Positions 48,601 to 56,273 of a DNA stretch of 64,000 bases are shown piece after piece. The notes beneath the pieces are model-generated. The model was not told where the DNA came from. It did not search any database and saw only the letters and a list, made by a program, of their open reading frames with translations. A program made the translations under genes and the position numbers. Position 1 is the first letter of the stretch. Each line of letters begins with the position of its first letter. This DNA is from a virus: IMG/VR virus record IMGVR_UViG_3300020165_002937. The stretch is one strand, 5' to 3'.

Positions 48601-49056
48601 TCCGCTTGCGTGGTCGACCGGCCCAAAAGTCAGAAAAAGTTTAAAGAAAACCTTGATCTGTATCGACCAGAGGGCGACTTTTCGGAGGAAGAGGTTATTC
48701 AATTTAAAGCTGACTTAACTGGCGTATTCCCGATTAACCTAGTAATTTCGGCAGAGACCGTTCAAAAACTGCAGGATAAATTTATCCCGCCTATTTCTGA
48801 ATTTGATGAAGAACTGCTTGTTTGCTGGTTTATTCCACGAAAGATCACCGAACGTAAAACTAAGAACGGAAAGCTATATTGGATAGTTGAAGTGATCGAT
48901 TCAAATAACCAATCGACTAGGATCAGGTGTTGGGGAGTAAAACCGGAAAAGGATAGGATTCATGTCAATCGACCCTATATGGCAAAGCTCAATTACGACA
49001 AGAACTGGGGCTTTTCAACTTATGCAATTGGAAAGACGTTTAGGCTATTAGGATAA
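45625..49056 (+). CDS. dnaE: DNA polymerase III alpha subunit (family C)
   Basis: PHP HAHS/LTDHG, GPGRGSAAGS, PDIDYD, HAGG, KFDLLGL, YGFNKSHA. Confidence 0.96.
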   Translation: MDRNDSKIKFVGLHAHSVAGSIFDAIGYPQAHMDFAYKNGCDALALTDHGNMNGLAYQVLHAKKMKEAGQDFKPIFGCEAYFIPSIEDWKEEYTRAMEDKKRARSAKADTASGATVEDEGASKKTQDILRRRRHLVLLAQNQTGLNNLFKLVSESYKAENFYRYPRIDYSLLKKYGEGIIASSACLGGVYAGNYWENRDDGDEAVLDAMRESTQQMVDIFGDRWYAEVQWNNIKEQHELNQYVIQVAEEFGVSVLTTADSHYPDPDAWKDRELYKRLGWLGKGRPSWAEEESQLPAGVEEIGYELYPKNGDQMWESYKQYSKEQGFEYDDELVLQSIEESHRIAFNRIESFLPDNTVRLPEFVVPAGFTATQALVNYALEGLKDKGLHTNKEYTDRLKHELNVIDDRGFSKYFLTMKSIVDVATDMMLTGPGRGSAAGSLVAYALNITQVDPIKYDLLFSRFLRSDAEDYPDIDYDVSDSMSLKERLVEMWGEDCVAPISNWNTLQLKSLIKDISKLYNIPFTEVNTVTSIMIREATPEAKQKHGIKAGVYVPTWEEVMEYSPALRSYLNKYPEVKTHVEGLVGQVRSCSRHAGGVVIAENLDKNMPLINSGGVRQAPWAEGQNVRHLEPMGFIKFDLLGLSTLKMMEGCIEHILHRHHGVETPTFAQVRAYYEKYLHPDRLDMNNSEIYENIFHSGKWAGIFQFTEQGAQQFCVRAKPNNIIDVSAVTSIFRPGPLSAGVDADYVEAKESPHYIKYLNDDAHDITQETFGFLIFQEQIALLAHKLGGLTLDEGNMLRKVLTKKGTGKGSVKGRLHNKFISGCVEKGIDKDEAQSLWDKFEYFSGYGFNKSHAVSYSIISYQCAWLYNYYPAEWMAAFLDKEPESRKEKAINIAKRFGFKIAPLDVNKSGTVWEISDDGKTLIQPLTSIKGLGNAAIEQVLNNRPFPDIESLLFNEGIVYSKLNKKSLDALCRGGALDSIVDDRFTGRKHFWSACVVDRPKSQKKFKENLDLYRPEGDFSEEEVIQFKADLTGVFPINLVISAETVQKLQDKFIPPISEFDEELLVCWFIPRKITERKTKNGKLYWIVEVIDSNNQSTRIRCWGVKPEKDRIHVNRPYMAKLNYDKNWGFSTYAIGKTFRLLG

Positions 49057-49058
49057 AA

Positions 49059-49472
49059 ATGAAAAGAAAAGATTGGTCAGACAAAGACATATTAAAATCG
49101 ATACCAAACCCGTCTGCGGAGGCATACGAGATTAAGCTTAAAGCTCCCGAGATAACTTTTGAAGGTGTCCGCGGCCAGCCTGATTTTGCGTCACTGTATA
49201 TCACCTTTTACCCCAAAAGCAAGGTAATCGAACTAAAATCCATGAAAGAGTATTTTTATCAGTTCCGAAGTAGGATTTATTCTTACGAGAGATTAATTAA
49301 TGTAGTCTTTGAAGATATGATGAAAGTTTATGAACCCGAGAGGTTGCGACTTGTTATGGTATGCAACGCCCGTGGGGGAATCAGCTCCAAACTCACTATC
49401 GACTCGGACTGGGCAGCCCGCGGCGGATCCGAAGATTACAGAGACTGGATTGGTCAACAGGAGGAATGGTAA
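49059..49472 (+). CDS. QueF-like T-fold protein lacking the catalytic Cys
   Basis: GQPDFA, ELKSMKEY, SYE, RGGI; EITFEG replaces EFTSLC. Confidence 0.8.
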   Translation: MKRKDWSDKDILKSIPNPSAEAYEIKLKAPEITFEGVRGQPDFASLYITFYPKSKVIELKSMKEYFYQFRSRIYSYERLINVVFEDMMKVYEPERLRLVMVCNARGGISSKLTIDSDWAARGGSEDYRDWIGQQEEW

Positions 49473-50077
49473 TGAACATACTTAAAAACTTTAGCCCTTT
49501 GTTGAAAGAGGTAAAGCTTATTGATGATCTCCCAGTCGTCATTCGGATTAGAAAATTTGATGAAGTTGCGGCTAAAGAGTTTTCCTCCTTAGTATGTAAG
49601 GCACAAAATACCGGCCAGCCAATTTTGCCAGTTATTATAGATAGCTATGGCGGTCAAGTTTATAGCTTGATGTCTATGATTTCAGATATTAAACACAGTC
49701 GTATTCCGATTGCCACAATTGTACAAGGCAAAGCCATGTCGTGCGGCGCTATACTTTTTAGTTTTGGAGCAGAAGGCCACAGGTATATGGATCCGGACGC
49801 AACAGTAATGATCCACGACGTGAGTTCTATGGAGTTTGGAAAAGTAGAGGAGATTAAGGCGTCTGCAGAAGAGACTGAGCGCCTTAACCAAAAAATATAT
49901 TCAATGATGGCAGAGAACTGCGGTCACCACAAGGACTATTTTTTAGACATTGTACACGAAAAGAGTCATGCCGACTGGTTCTTGGAGGCTGACGAATGCA
50001 AAAAGCACAATCTTGCCAACCACTTAAAAATCCCGGAACTAAAAATTGAGACTAAAGTAACCTTCGACTTTAAATAG
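49472..50077 (+). CDS. clpP: ClpP-like protease 1
   Basis: IDSYGG, GKAMSCG, MIHD, DWFL; TAATG overlap with upstream stop. Confidence 0.85.
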   Translation: MNILKNFSPLLKEVKLIDDLPVVIRIRKFDEVAAKEFSSLVCKAQNTGQPILPVIIDSYGGQVYSLMSMISDIKHSRIPIATIVQGKAMSCGAILFSFGAEGHRYMDPDATVMIHDVSSMEFGKVEEIKASAEETERLNQKIYSMMAENCGHHKDYFLDIVHEKSHADWFLEADECKKHNLANHLKIPELKIETKVTFDFK

Positions 50078-50081
50078 AATC

Positions 50082-50792
50082 ATGGCAGCTTCAACAAAAT
50101 TAAAATGGCGCAGAGCGATTAACCAGTTAAAATATTTATATGAAGAGTTTGATTTAATTACGCAGATATGCAAAGAATCCGGCTCTGAATTTGAGGTGTA
50201 TTACCGAAAGTACTGTGCCAAAAACGGTGTCGACATAGATGGTCTAAACAGGCAACATAAAGAAAGGCTTGATAGCCTATATAAAAATATAAAAAAGCCG
50301 GAGGCTGCAGCACCCCCCGAATTGCCTGACGATCTTGAAGTACAAGAAGTACTCCCGGGCTCACTTGTACTAAGCCCGTCAAGAGAGCCAGAAATTCATG
50401 ATCCTGAGCATTCTGACGAAGACAGGGAAATGCACGAAATTTTTAGCAAATTATTTAAGAAAATAGCTGTCACCTTACACCCAGACAAGGTTAGCAGTAT
50501 GGACATCAGCCCCTTCTTAGCGAAAGAGATGATTGACGCATTCAAATCAGCAAGAACAGCGTTTGACGAGCGCCGATATTTCGATTTAGTTGAAATAGCT
50601 GAAAGATATCGTATCCCGCCACCCAAAAACTATGCTCTACAGCATAAGTGGTTTCAGGGAGAGTCAGATAGAGTCAAAGATGTAATTTCTAGACAAAAGA
50701 ATACTTATAATTATCTTTTTTCCGAATGCTCATTGGAGTCAGATAAGGAAGAACTGATTAGAGACTTCTTAAGAAGACTTTTTGGAATTTAA
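50082..50792 (+). CDS. J-domain-like protein
   Basis: FKKIAVTLHPDK motif. Confidence 0.65.
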   Translation: MAASTKLKWRRAINQLKYLYEEFDLITQICKESGSEFEVYYRKYCAKNGVDIDGLNRQHKERLDSLYKNIKKPEAAAPPELPDDLEVQEVLPGSLVLSPSREPEIHDPEHSDEDREMHEIFSKLFKKIAVTLHPDKVSSMDISPFLAKEMIDAFKSARTAFDERRYFDLVEIAERYRIPPPKNYALQHKWFQGESDRVKDVISRQKNTYNYLFSECSLESDKEELIRDFLRRLFGI

Positions 50793-50805
50793 AAGAAAAA
50801 ACTAG

Positions 50806-50834
50806 TTGACTTATAGTCTTACATAGATTATATT
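50806..50834 (+). promoter_or_regulatory. sigma70-type promoter TTGACT-17-TATATT
   Basis: Consensus spacing. Confidence 0.65.
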
Positions 50835-50860
50835 ATTAATGTAACAAAAAGGAGGGCCCC

Positions 50861-51115
50861 ATGGCCACAACAAACGACGAGAAGAAGCAATATGTCAAAG
50901 AATACATCCGTTCATTGGCAGCAATTGAAGAGTGCATCGAACCTTATCAGGAGCAGAAGCGAGAATTGCGCTCTGAGTTCCGAGAGAATGGATGGCTCAA
51001 CACGGATGAGATTCGCGCTGCAGTAAAGGCATACCGCCTTTTCAAGCAAAAGTACAACATTGACGAAGTAGTCGAAAACTTTGAAATGATTAGCGGTGGT
51101 GAGGAAAATGAATAA
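50861..51115 (+). CDS. Small dsDNA-binding protein (T4 DsbA/GapR-like)
   Basis: 84-aa helical protein, YIRSL..IE..I...QE..REL..E...G pattern. Confidence 0.5.
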   Translation: MATTNDEKKQYVKEYIRSLAAIEECIEPYQEQKRELRSEFRENGWLNTDEIRAAVKAYRLFKQKYNIDEVVENFEMISGGEENE

Positions 51116-51581
51116 GAATACACAGCTAACAATGTTTTCATCTAAGACGGGAGAGTGGGCCACTCCCAGAGAGTTTTTTGATAAGCTAGACTGGAGATTC
51201 GGCCCTTTTGATTTAGACCCGTGTGCTGGCCCCGCTAACACAAAGTGCGCCAACTTTTTTACGGAGGCCGAGGATGGTCTAAGCAAAGATTGGTCAGGCT
51301 TTACTTCCTTTGTCAACCCACCTTATGGTCGTGGGATCGATAAGTGGATCCAGAAAGGATACCAAGAATCTCGCAAGGAAAACACCCGAGTGGTGATGCT
51401 TATTCCCGCAAGAACAGACACGAAGTATTGGCACCAATATATTATGAAGGCCGACGAAGTTTATTTTGTGAAAGGCCGGCTAAAGTTTGGAGATAGCGAT
51501 AATTCAGCGCCCTTCCCGTCTGCGGTAGTTGTATTCGATGGAAGTAACCGGCAGCAAATTTTTGGAGCCATGAATCGATGA
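51108..51581 (+). CDS. dam: Phage DNA N6-adenine methyltransferase (phage Dam family)
   Basis: EWATP, FDLDPCA, VNPPYG, LIPARTDT, GRLKF, APFPS. Confidence 0.9.
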   Translation: MNKNTQLTMFSSKTGEWATPREFFDKLDWRFGPFDLDPCAGPANTKCANFFTEAEDGLSKDWSGFTSFVNPPYGRGIDKWIQKGYQESRKENTRVVMLIPARTDTKYWHQYIMKADEVYFVKGRLKFGDSDNSAPFPSAVVVFDGSNRQQIFGAMNR

Positions 51582-51859
51582 ACAGACAACAACGCAGGCT
51601 TCTAGAAAAAAAAATAGGAGCCAAGACGACTAAAGACTTGGGAGATCAAATAAGTTTATTCCACAAACTACCCGATTTGTGCTCATCCTGTCAGGAACCA
51701 TTTGATAAAATGAACGCTGATATGGTCAAGAGCTGGAATGTTATGGTCAAGCAAGAAGTCGTGCGCCTGTTCTGCCCAGATTGCGTTAGTAAAGCGAACG
51801 CAGTTGTTGACGATTTTATAGAAAAAAACGGTTTAGGAGATAATAATGGAAAACAATGA
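51578..51859 (+). CDS. Zn-finger hypothetical protein
   Basis: MNRQQRR start; CSSC and CPDC. Confidence 0.7.
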   Translation: MNRQQRRLLEKKIGAKTTKDLGDQISLFHKLPDLCSSCQEPFDKMNADMVKSWNVMVKQEVVRLFCPDCVSKANAVVDDFIEKNGLGDNNGKQ

Positions 51860-52265
51860 AAAGCAAAACAATAATAAAGCAGCAGTAGATCGACTGTCCA
51901 AGCAAGCATTGCAAAAAATATTGTCTGGCCAAGTCAAAGAAGACTCGACATGCTTCATAAAGTTCTATTCAAACACGTGTCATATGTGTCATTCGCTGCG
52001 ACAGCACTATGTTGATGCAGTTTACGAAGTACAGGATAAACTAAGAAAAGATGGTCGCAAAGACGTACACTTTTTCGCTTTTAATATAGCAGATTACGTA
52101 GAGGCTGAGAAAATATTAGGCTTCGAAGGCGTGCCTACAATAATTATGGTGCGCACCAGCCGAAATCAGCCAAAGATAACGGTCCTACAAGACCCAAAAG
52201 AGCCACACAAAGAAATGTGGTATCACCCAAGAGACATCAAAAGTTTTTTTAACAAGGAGATATAA
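51846..52265 (+). CDS. Thioredoxin-like protein
   Basis: IKFYSNTCHMC and GVPTI motifs. Confidence 0.8.
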   Translation: MENNEKQNNNKAAVDRLSKQALQKILSGQVKEDSTCFIKFYSNTCHMCHSLRQHYVDAVYEVQDKLRKDGRKDVHFFAFNIADYVEAEKILGFEGVPTIIMVRTSRNQPKITVLQDPKEPHKEMWYHPRDIKSFFNKEI

Positions 52266-52269
52266 ATAA

Positions 52270-52662
52270 ATGAAATACAAAACAATTTTTGAAGCAGCAA
52301 GAACAAAGTTAAGAGCGGAGGCCCTAGCACACCTAGCAACCATAGAAGTTATGCTTCACAGCCCGGAGTCAGTTGAAGCAGATTTGATCGTCGACAAGAT
52401 CGTTGAAGCAGCAAAGTTGCTGGCAATGCATGAGGGCGCCCTTATAACTATTAATCAGTACTTTGAGCCGAAACAGGCACCCCCGGCACCCCCACCAGCC
52501 CAGGCAGCTGTTATTCCACGCACCCCAACCCCAGATCCTGGCCCACCGATAAGGGTGACAGAAGAGAACTCACCCACATATAAACGCGCAGTCCAGAAAG
52601 AAAAGATTAAAGCCGCGGCCAAAAAGCGCGCCCCCAAAACAACTAAAAAGAAGACCGAGTAG
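52270..52662 (+). CDS. Hypothetical protein with Pro-rich and Lys-rich tail
   Basis: AAGGAG SD; 130 aa. Confidence 0.7.
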   Translation: MKYKTIFEAARTKLRAEALAHLATIEVMLHSPESVEADLIVDKIVEAAKLLAMHEGALITINQYFEPKQAPPAPPPAQAAVIPRTPTPDPGPPIRVTEENSPTYKRAVQKEKIKAAAKKRAPKTTKKKTE

Positions 52663-52670
52663 GACACAAC

Positions 52671-53702
52671 ATGAAATCAAATGAAGCATTGTCTTATGAT
52701 GATATACTGCTGTCGCCGCAATATTCAGATATCCGTTCGCGCTCAGAAATTGACACTTCGATCGACTTAGGAAATAATTTGGTATTAGAATTGCCTGTTT
52801 TTTCTTCACCGATGGACACGGTCTCTGAGTCTGAGATGGCTATAGCGCTAGCTAACAATGGAGGCGCCGCTGTAATTCACAGGTATAATACCATTCAACA
52901 ACAGGCAGATGTCGTCGTCACAGCTAAAACTGCTAACCCTCAGATGAAGATTGGAGCAGCTGTGGGTGTGACGGGCGACTATCTTAATCGCTCAGCCGTT
53001 ATGACGGCGCTAGAAGTTGATTTCTTGTGCGTCGACGTAGCTCATGGCCACCACATCCTCATGAAAGAGGCGTTGGAGCAACTAAGGATAAAATTTGGAA
53101 AAGACATTCACATAATGGCGGGCAATGTAGCCTCACTATCGGCTATTAACGATTTGTCTGATTGGGGTGCTGACTCAGTTCGATGTAACATCGGCGGCGG
53201 TTCAATCTGTTCAACGAGGATTCAAACGGGCCATGGTGTCCCGGGCCTTCAGACAATATTGGACTGTGCTAAAACCGACAGAGATGTTAAAATAATCGCT
53301 GACGGCGGCATCAGGAATTCTGGTGATATAGTTAAGGCTATCGCTGCCGGTGCAGATGCAGTGATGTGCGGTTCTCTCTTTGCCGGCACCGACGAGTCGC
53401 CAGGGAAAGTTATGCAGGACAAAACTGGTCATCGATGGAAGATCTATAGAGGCATGGCCAGCAAAGAAGCGCAGGTTGAATGGCGCGGCAAGTATTCGTC
53501 GCATGAAGGTGTCTCTACCACAATCCCCTATCAGGGCTCAGTGGAAACAATTTTAGAAGATCTGCGCCGGGGCATTGCATCGGGCTTTTCTTATTCGGGC
53601 GCAAGGACGATATCAGAGCTACAGGCAAAGGCCGAGTTTGTAGTGCAAACAACGTCCGGCTTGAGCGAAAGTCACACTCACATCTTAGGTCGAAAGTGGT
53701 AA
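52671..53702 (+). CDS. guaB: IMP dehydrogenase/GMP reductase family protein (no CBS domain)
   Basis: [33 protein letters not shown]. Confidence 0.88.
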   Translation: MKSNEALSYDDILLSPQYSDIRSRSEIDTSIDLGNNLVLELPVFSSPMDTVSESEMAIALANNGGAAVIHRYNTIQQQADVVVTAKTANPQMKIGAAVGVTGDYLNRSAVMTALEVDFLCVDVAHGHHILMKEALEQLRIKFGKDIHIMAGNVASLSAINDLSDWGADSVRCNIGGGSICSTRIQTGHGVPGLQTILDCAKTDRDVKIIADGGIRNSGDIVKAIAAGADAVMCGSLFAGTDESPGKVMQDKTGHRWKIYRGMASKEAQVEWRGKYSSHEGVSTTIPYQGSVETILEDLRRGIASGFSYSGARTISELQAKAEFVVQTTSGLSESHTHILGRKW

Positions 53703-53708
53703 AGAAAA

Positions 53709-54041
53709 ATGCCAAATGAAAAAAACCAAAACTATGGTCGAGCCAACAAAAGGATTATTTTTACTGACACTGACCACCGGCATGCCCAATTAATTTTGCG
53801 TCTTAAGCACGATAATATGACACAAGCCGATTTTTTTCGTCTAATGATATCTGGATATTTGAGTGGTGAACCAGGCCTACAAGCATTCGTTGATGAGCAT
53901 AAAGATATGTCGAAAACAAGAAAGTCGGTATCAAGAAAGTTGATAGATAAGGGGGTGAAAGCTTCCAAGCAATTAGGCTTTTCCGATGATGAGGTCACAA
54001 ACATTTTTGATTTAATTGCAGAGGAGCATCCTGAATTATGA
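53709..54041 (+). CDS. Hypothetical, possible ribbon-helix-helix regulator
   Basis: KRIIFTDT beta strand then helices (TQADFFRLMI). Confidence 0.55.
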   Translation: MPNEKNQNYGRANKRIIFTDTDHRHAQLILRLKHDNMTQADFFRLMISGYLSGEPGLQAFVDEHKDMSKTRKSVSRKLIDKGVKASKQLGFSDDEVTNIFDLIAEEHPEL

Positions 54042-54295
54042 AAGATGGTTTATTACCTTGCTCGCGGGTCTGTCGTCTAAAAGATATAAACTGCCCTAAT
54101 GACGAATGCCGGCATTGGATTGATTTTGAAGAAGATCACAACTGTTGTCTAATCGCAATATACGAAAATGGCCCAATGACTCTTAGGAAGATAGCAGATC
54201 GAATAGGTCTGTCATTTGCTAGAGTAAAGCAGATAGAAACTGCAGCGCTCAAGAAGTTAAAAAGTAACCCGCTAGCGAATACTTTTTTATTTTGA
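54038..54295 (+). CDS. Stand-alone sigma70 region 4 HTH with Cys-rich N-terminus
   Basis: MTLRKIADRIGLSFARVKQIETAALKKL; six Cys upstream. Confidence 0.8.
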   Translation: MKDGLLPCSRVCRLKDINCPNDECRHWIDFEEDHNCCLIAIYENGPMTLRKIADRIGLSFARVKQIETAALKKLKSNPLANTFLF

Positions 54296-54353
54296 GGTAT
54301 TTAAGGAATATCAACACTATTTATTGGTGAGTTTATTTAAGGAGAAAATTACA

Positions 54354-55118
54354 ATGGCTCGTAAGAATTTATTAACAGAATCAGAGATCCGCTCGTTTAT
54401 GAAGTTGGCAAACTTGAAACATATCGGCGCACCTCAACTAGACGAGATGGCGATCCCATCCACAGATATTGAAGAAGAAATGGAAGATGAACTTCCGCCC
54501 GAAGTTGACGTCGAACTCGATGACGACGCCGGAGACCTCGATCCCGATCTTGGCGCCGCTCTTGCTGGCGACGATGACATGGGTGCTGAGAGCGCCGAGG
54601 ACCTTGTGGTCTCAATTAGCAACGACTTAGAGAAGCTGGCTGGTATGGCTGGTGTTGACGTCGATGTTGAAGACGAGACTGACGACGATGGCATGGACGC
54701 TATGGACGATTCGGAGTTACCGATGGACGATGAAGAGCCTATGATGGAAGCTGACGAAGAGAATCTTGAAGAGTTCAACGCCAGACAGCAACGCACCGGT
54801 TCACCGAAGAGCGCGTACACCCGGCCAAAGGCTAGAACATCATCATTTGGCGCCACAGGCCCAAAACTCAAGGGAGACGACAGTGAAGCGCTGCCAGCAA
54901 CAGATCCAGCTGACGATCCGGATGCCCGAGACCCTCGTGGCGGCCCTGCTAAAGGTCGTAGACCCGGAAAGCCAGGAAGTCAATTTAGGGGCGTAAATGA
55001 AGATGCTATTGTTGCTGAAGTCGCTAAGCGCGTAGCCGCTAGACTTCAAGATGGCAAGAACAAGCAAGAATTAATCGAAAACTTAACTGAAAAAATATTA
55101 AATAGACTCACTAAATAA
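54354..55118 (+). CDS. Acidic probable head-internal protein
   Basis: Late box at 54316, AAGGAG SD, many LxE sites, FMKLA motif like the scaffold C-terminus. Confidence 0.65.
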   Translation: MARKNLLTESEIRSFMKLANLKHIGAPQLDEMAIPSTDIEEEMEDELPPEVDVELDDDAGDLDPDLGAALAGDDDMGAESAEDLVVSISNDLEKLAGMAGVDVDVEDETDDDGMDAMDDSELPMDDEEPMMEADEENLEEFNARQQRTGSPKSAYTRPKARTSSFGATGPKLKGDDSEALPATDPADDPDARDPRGGPAKGRRPGKPGSQFRGVNEDAIVAEVAKRVAARLQDGKNKQELIENLTEKILNRLTK

Positions 55119-55121
55119 TCA

Positions 55122-55150
55122 TTGACAATATTCTTGCGAGAAGTTATACT
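55122..55150 (+). promoter_or_regulatory. sigma70-type promoter TTGACA-17-TATACT
   Basis: Consensus; followed by a hairpin at 55152-55182. Confidence 0.75.
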
Positions 55151-55200
55151 ATAGCCACTGGTAATTTACTTACTGGTGGCTATTTATTTTAGAGGATTGA

Positions 55201-55608
55201 ATGGATTGGATTTTATATCTACTGGTGTTTGTGTTTGGCTACGTAACATGCCAAACGTTTTATTTTTTAAAATCATCTAGGCTAAGCTTAGGTGTGGTTA
55301 AGTGCGCAGAGATCGTATCACTATTATTGTTGGCGCGTTCTATCGAAAACTATGAATTCGCCGCCAACCACAAGTTAAAGAAGTTAATCGACACCGGTTT
55401 TAGCGATAACAAGATAAAAAACTATCGCATAACAACAGAAGCCGAGATAACTATCTATAAAGAAGCTTCTATTGCTGCACTATTGTTGTGTTACAATGAT
55501 CTGTTCAGAAATTTTTGTAAGTTTGAGAATTGGGAAACAGCAATGAACTACTTAGAAGAGAACAAGAACTTTGCATATACATTTTTGCAATCAAAGGAGT
55601 CAAAATGA
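55201..55608 (+). CDS. Membrane-anchored hypothetical protein
   Basis: N-terminal TM helix; GAGGA SD. Confidence 0.7.
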   Translation: MDWILYLLVFVFGYVTCQTFYFLKSSRLSLGVVKCAEIVSLLLLARSIENYEFAANHKLKKLIDTGFSDNKIKNYRITTEAEITIYKEASIAALLLCYNDLFRNFCKFENWETAMNYLEENKNFAYTFLQSKESK

Positions 55609-56264
55609 TTAAAAGATTGAAAGAAGCATTAGAGTCGATAATAGAATCAGAAAAGTCCGAGGGCACCGCTCAGAAAATTATTTTGCTAGATCCAGCGTCC
55701 CTAGGGGCAGAGGAGCTGTCACAAAGCGCTGCACCAGAACTTAGAGCGATAGGTTTATTTTCAGATGTCGACGAAGAGAAGGTGGCCGAATTGGTACAGT
55801 CGATATTGTACCTAGATCTATCTAATGCTGATAAAAAAGAAGAAGATAGGGAGCCAATTGATTTTTATGTATCCACTTATGGTGGCTCAGCTGACGACAT
55901 GTTTGCGCTGTATGATATAATGAGGCAAGCAAGAGAGACAACTGAGATTCACACGTTTGGTGTTGGAAAGGTCATGTCAGCCGGCGTTCTGATATTGGCA
56001 GCAGGGACCAAGGGTAAAAGAAAGATAGGCAAAAATTGCCGGGTCATGATTCATTCGGTAATCGGAGGCAATCATGGTTCGCTCCACAACTTAGTAAATG
56101 AGATGGGAGCAATAGAACAACTACAGGACATGTATATCAGGTGTCTCGTCGAAGAAACAAAAATGACCGAGACTACACTGAAAAATATGCTTGAACGCAA
56201 AGTTAATGTCTATTTATCAGCAGAAGAAGCTGTAGAATTAGGCATAGCTGATATAATTATTTGA
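55605..56264 (+). CDS. clpP: ClpP-like protease 2
   Basis: STYGG, GKVMSAG, MIHS, NVYLSAEEAVELGIAD; ATGA overlap. Confidence 0.88.
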   Translation: MIKRLKEALESIIESEKSEGTAQKIILLDPASLGAEELSQSAAPELRAIGLFSDVDEEKVAELVQSILYLDLSNADKKEEDREPIDFYVSTYGGSADDMFALYDIMRQARETTEIHTFGVGKVMSAGVLILAAGTKGKRKIGKNCRVMIHSVIGGNHGSLHNLVNEMGAIEQLQDMYIRCLVEETKMTETTLKNMLERKVNVYLSAEEAVELGIADIII

Positions 56265-56273
56265 GGTTTTTGA

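Noticed and set aside
49059-53702. Complete 7-deazaguanine DNA modification system
   Set aside because: Only a Cys-less QueF and GuaB are present; no DpdA, FolE, QueC, QueD or QueE visible.
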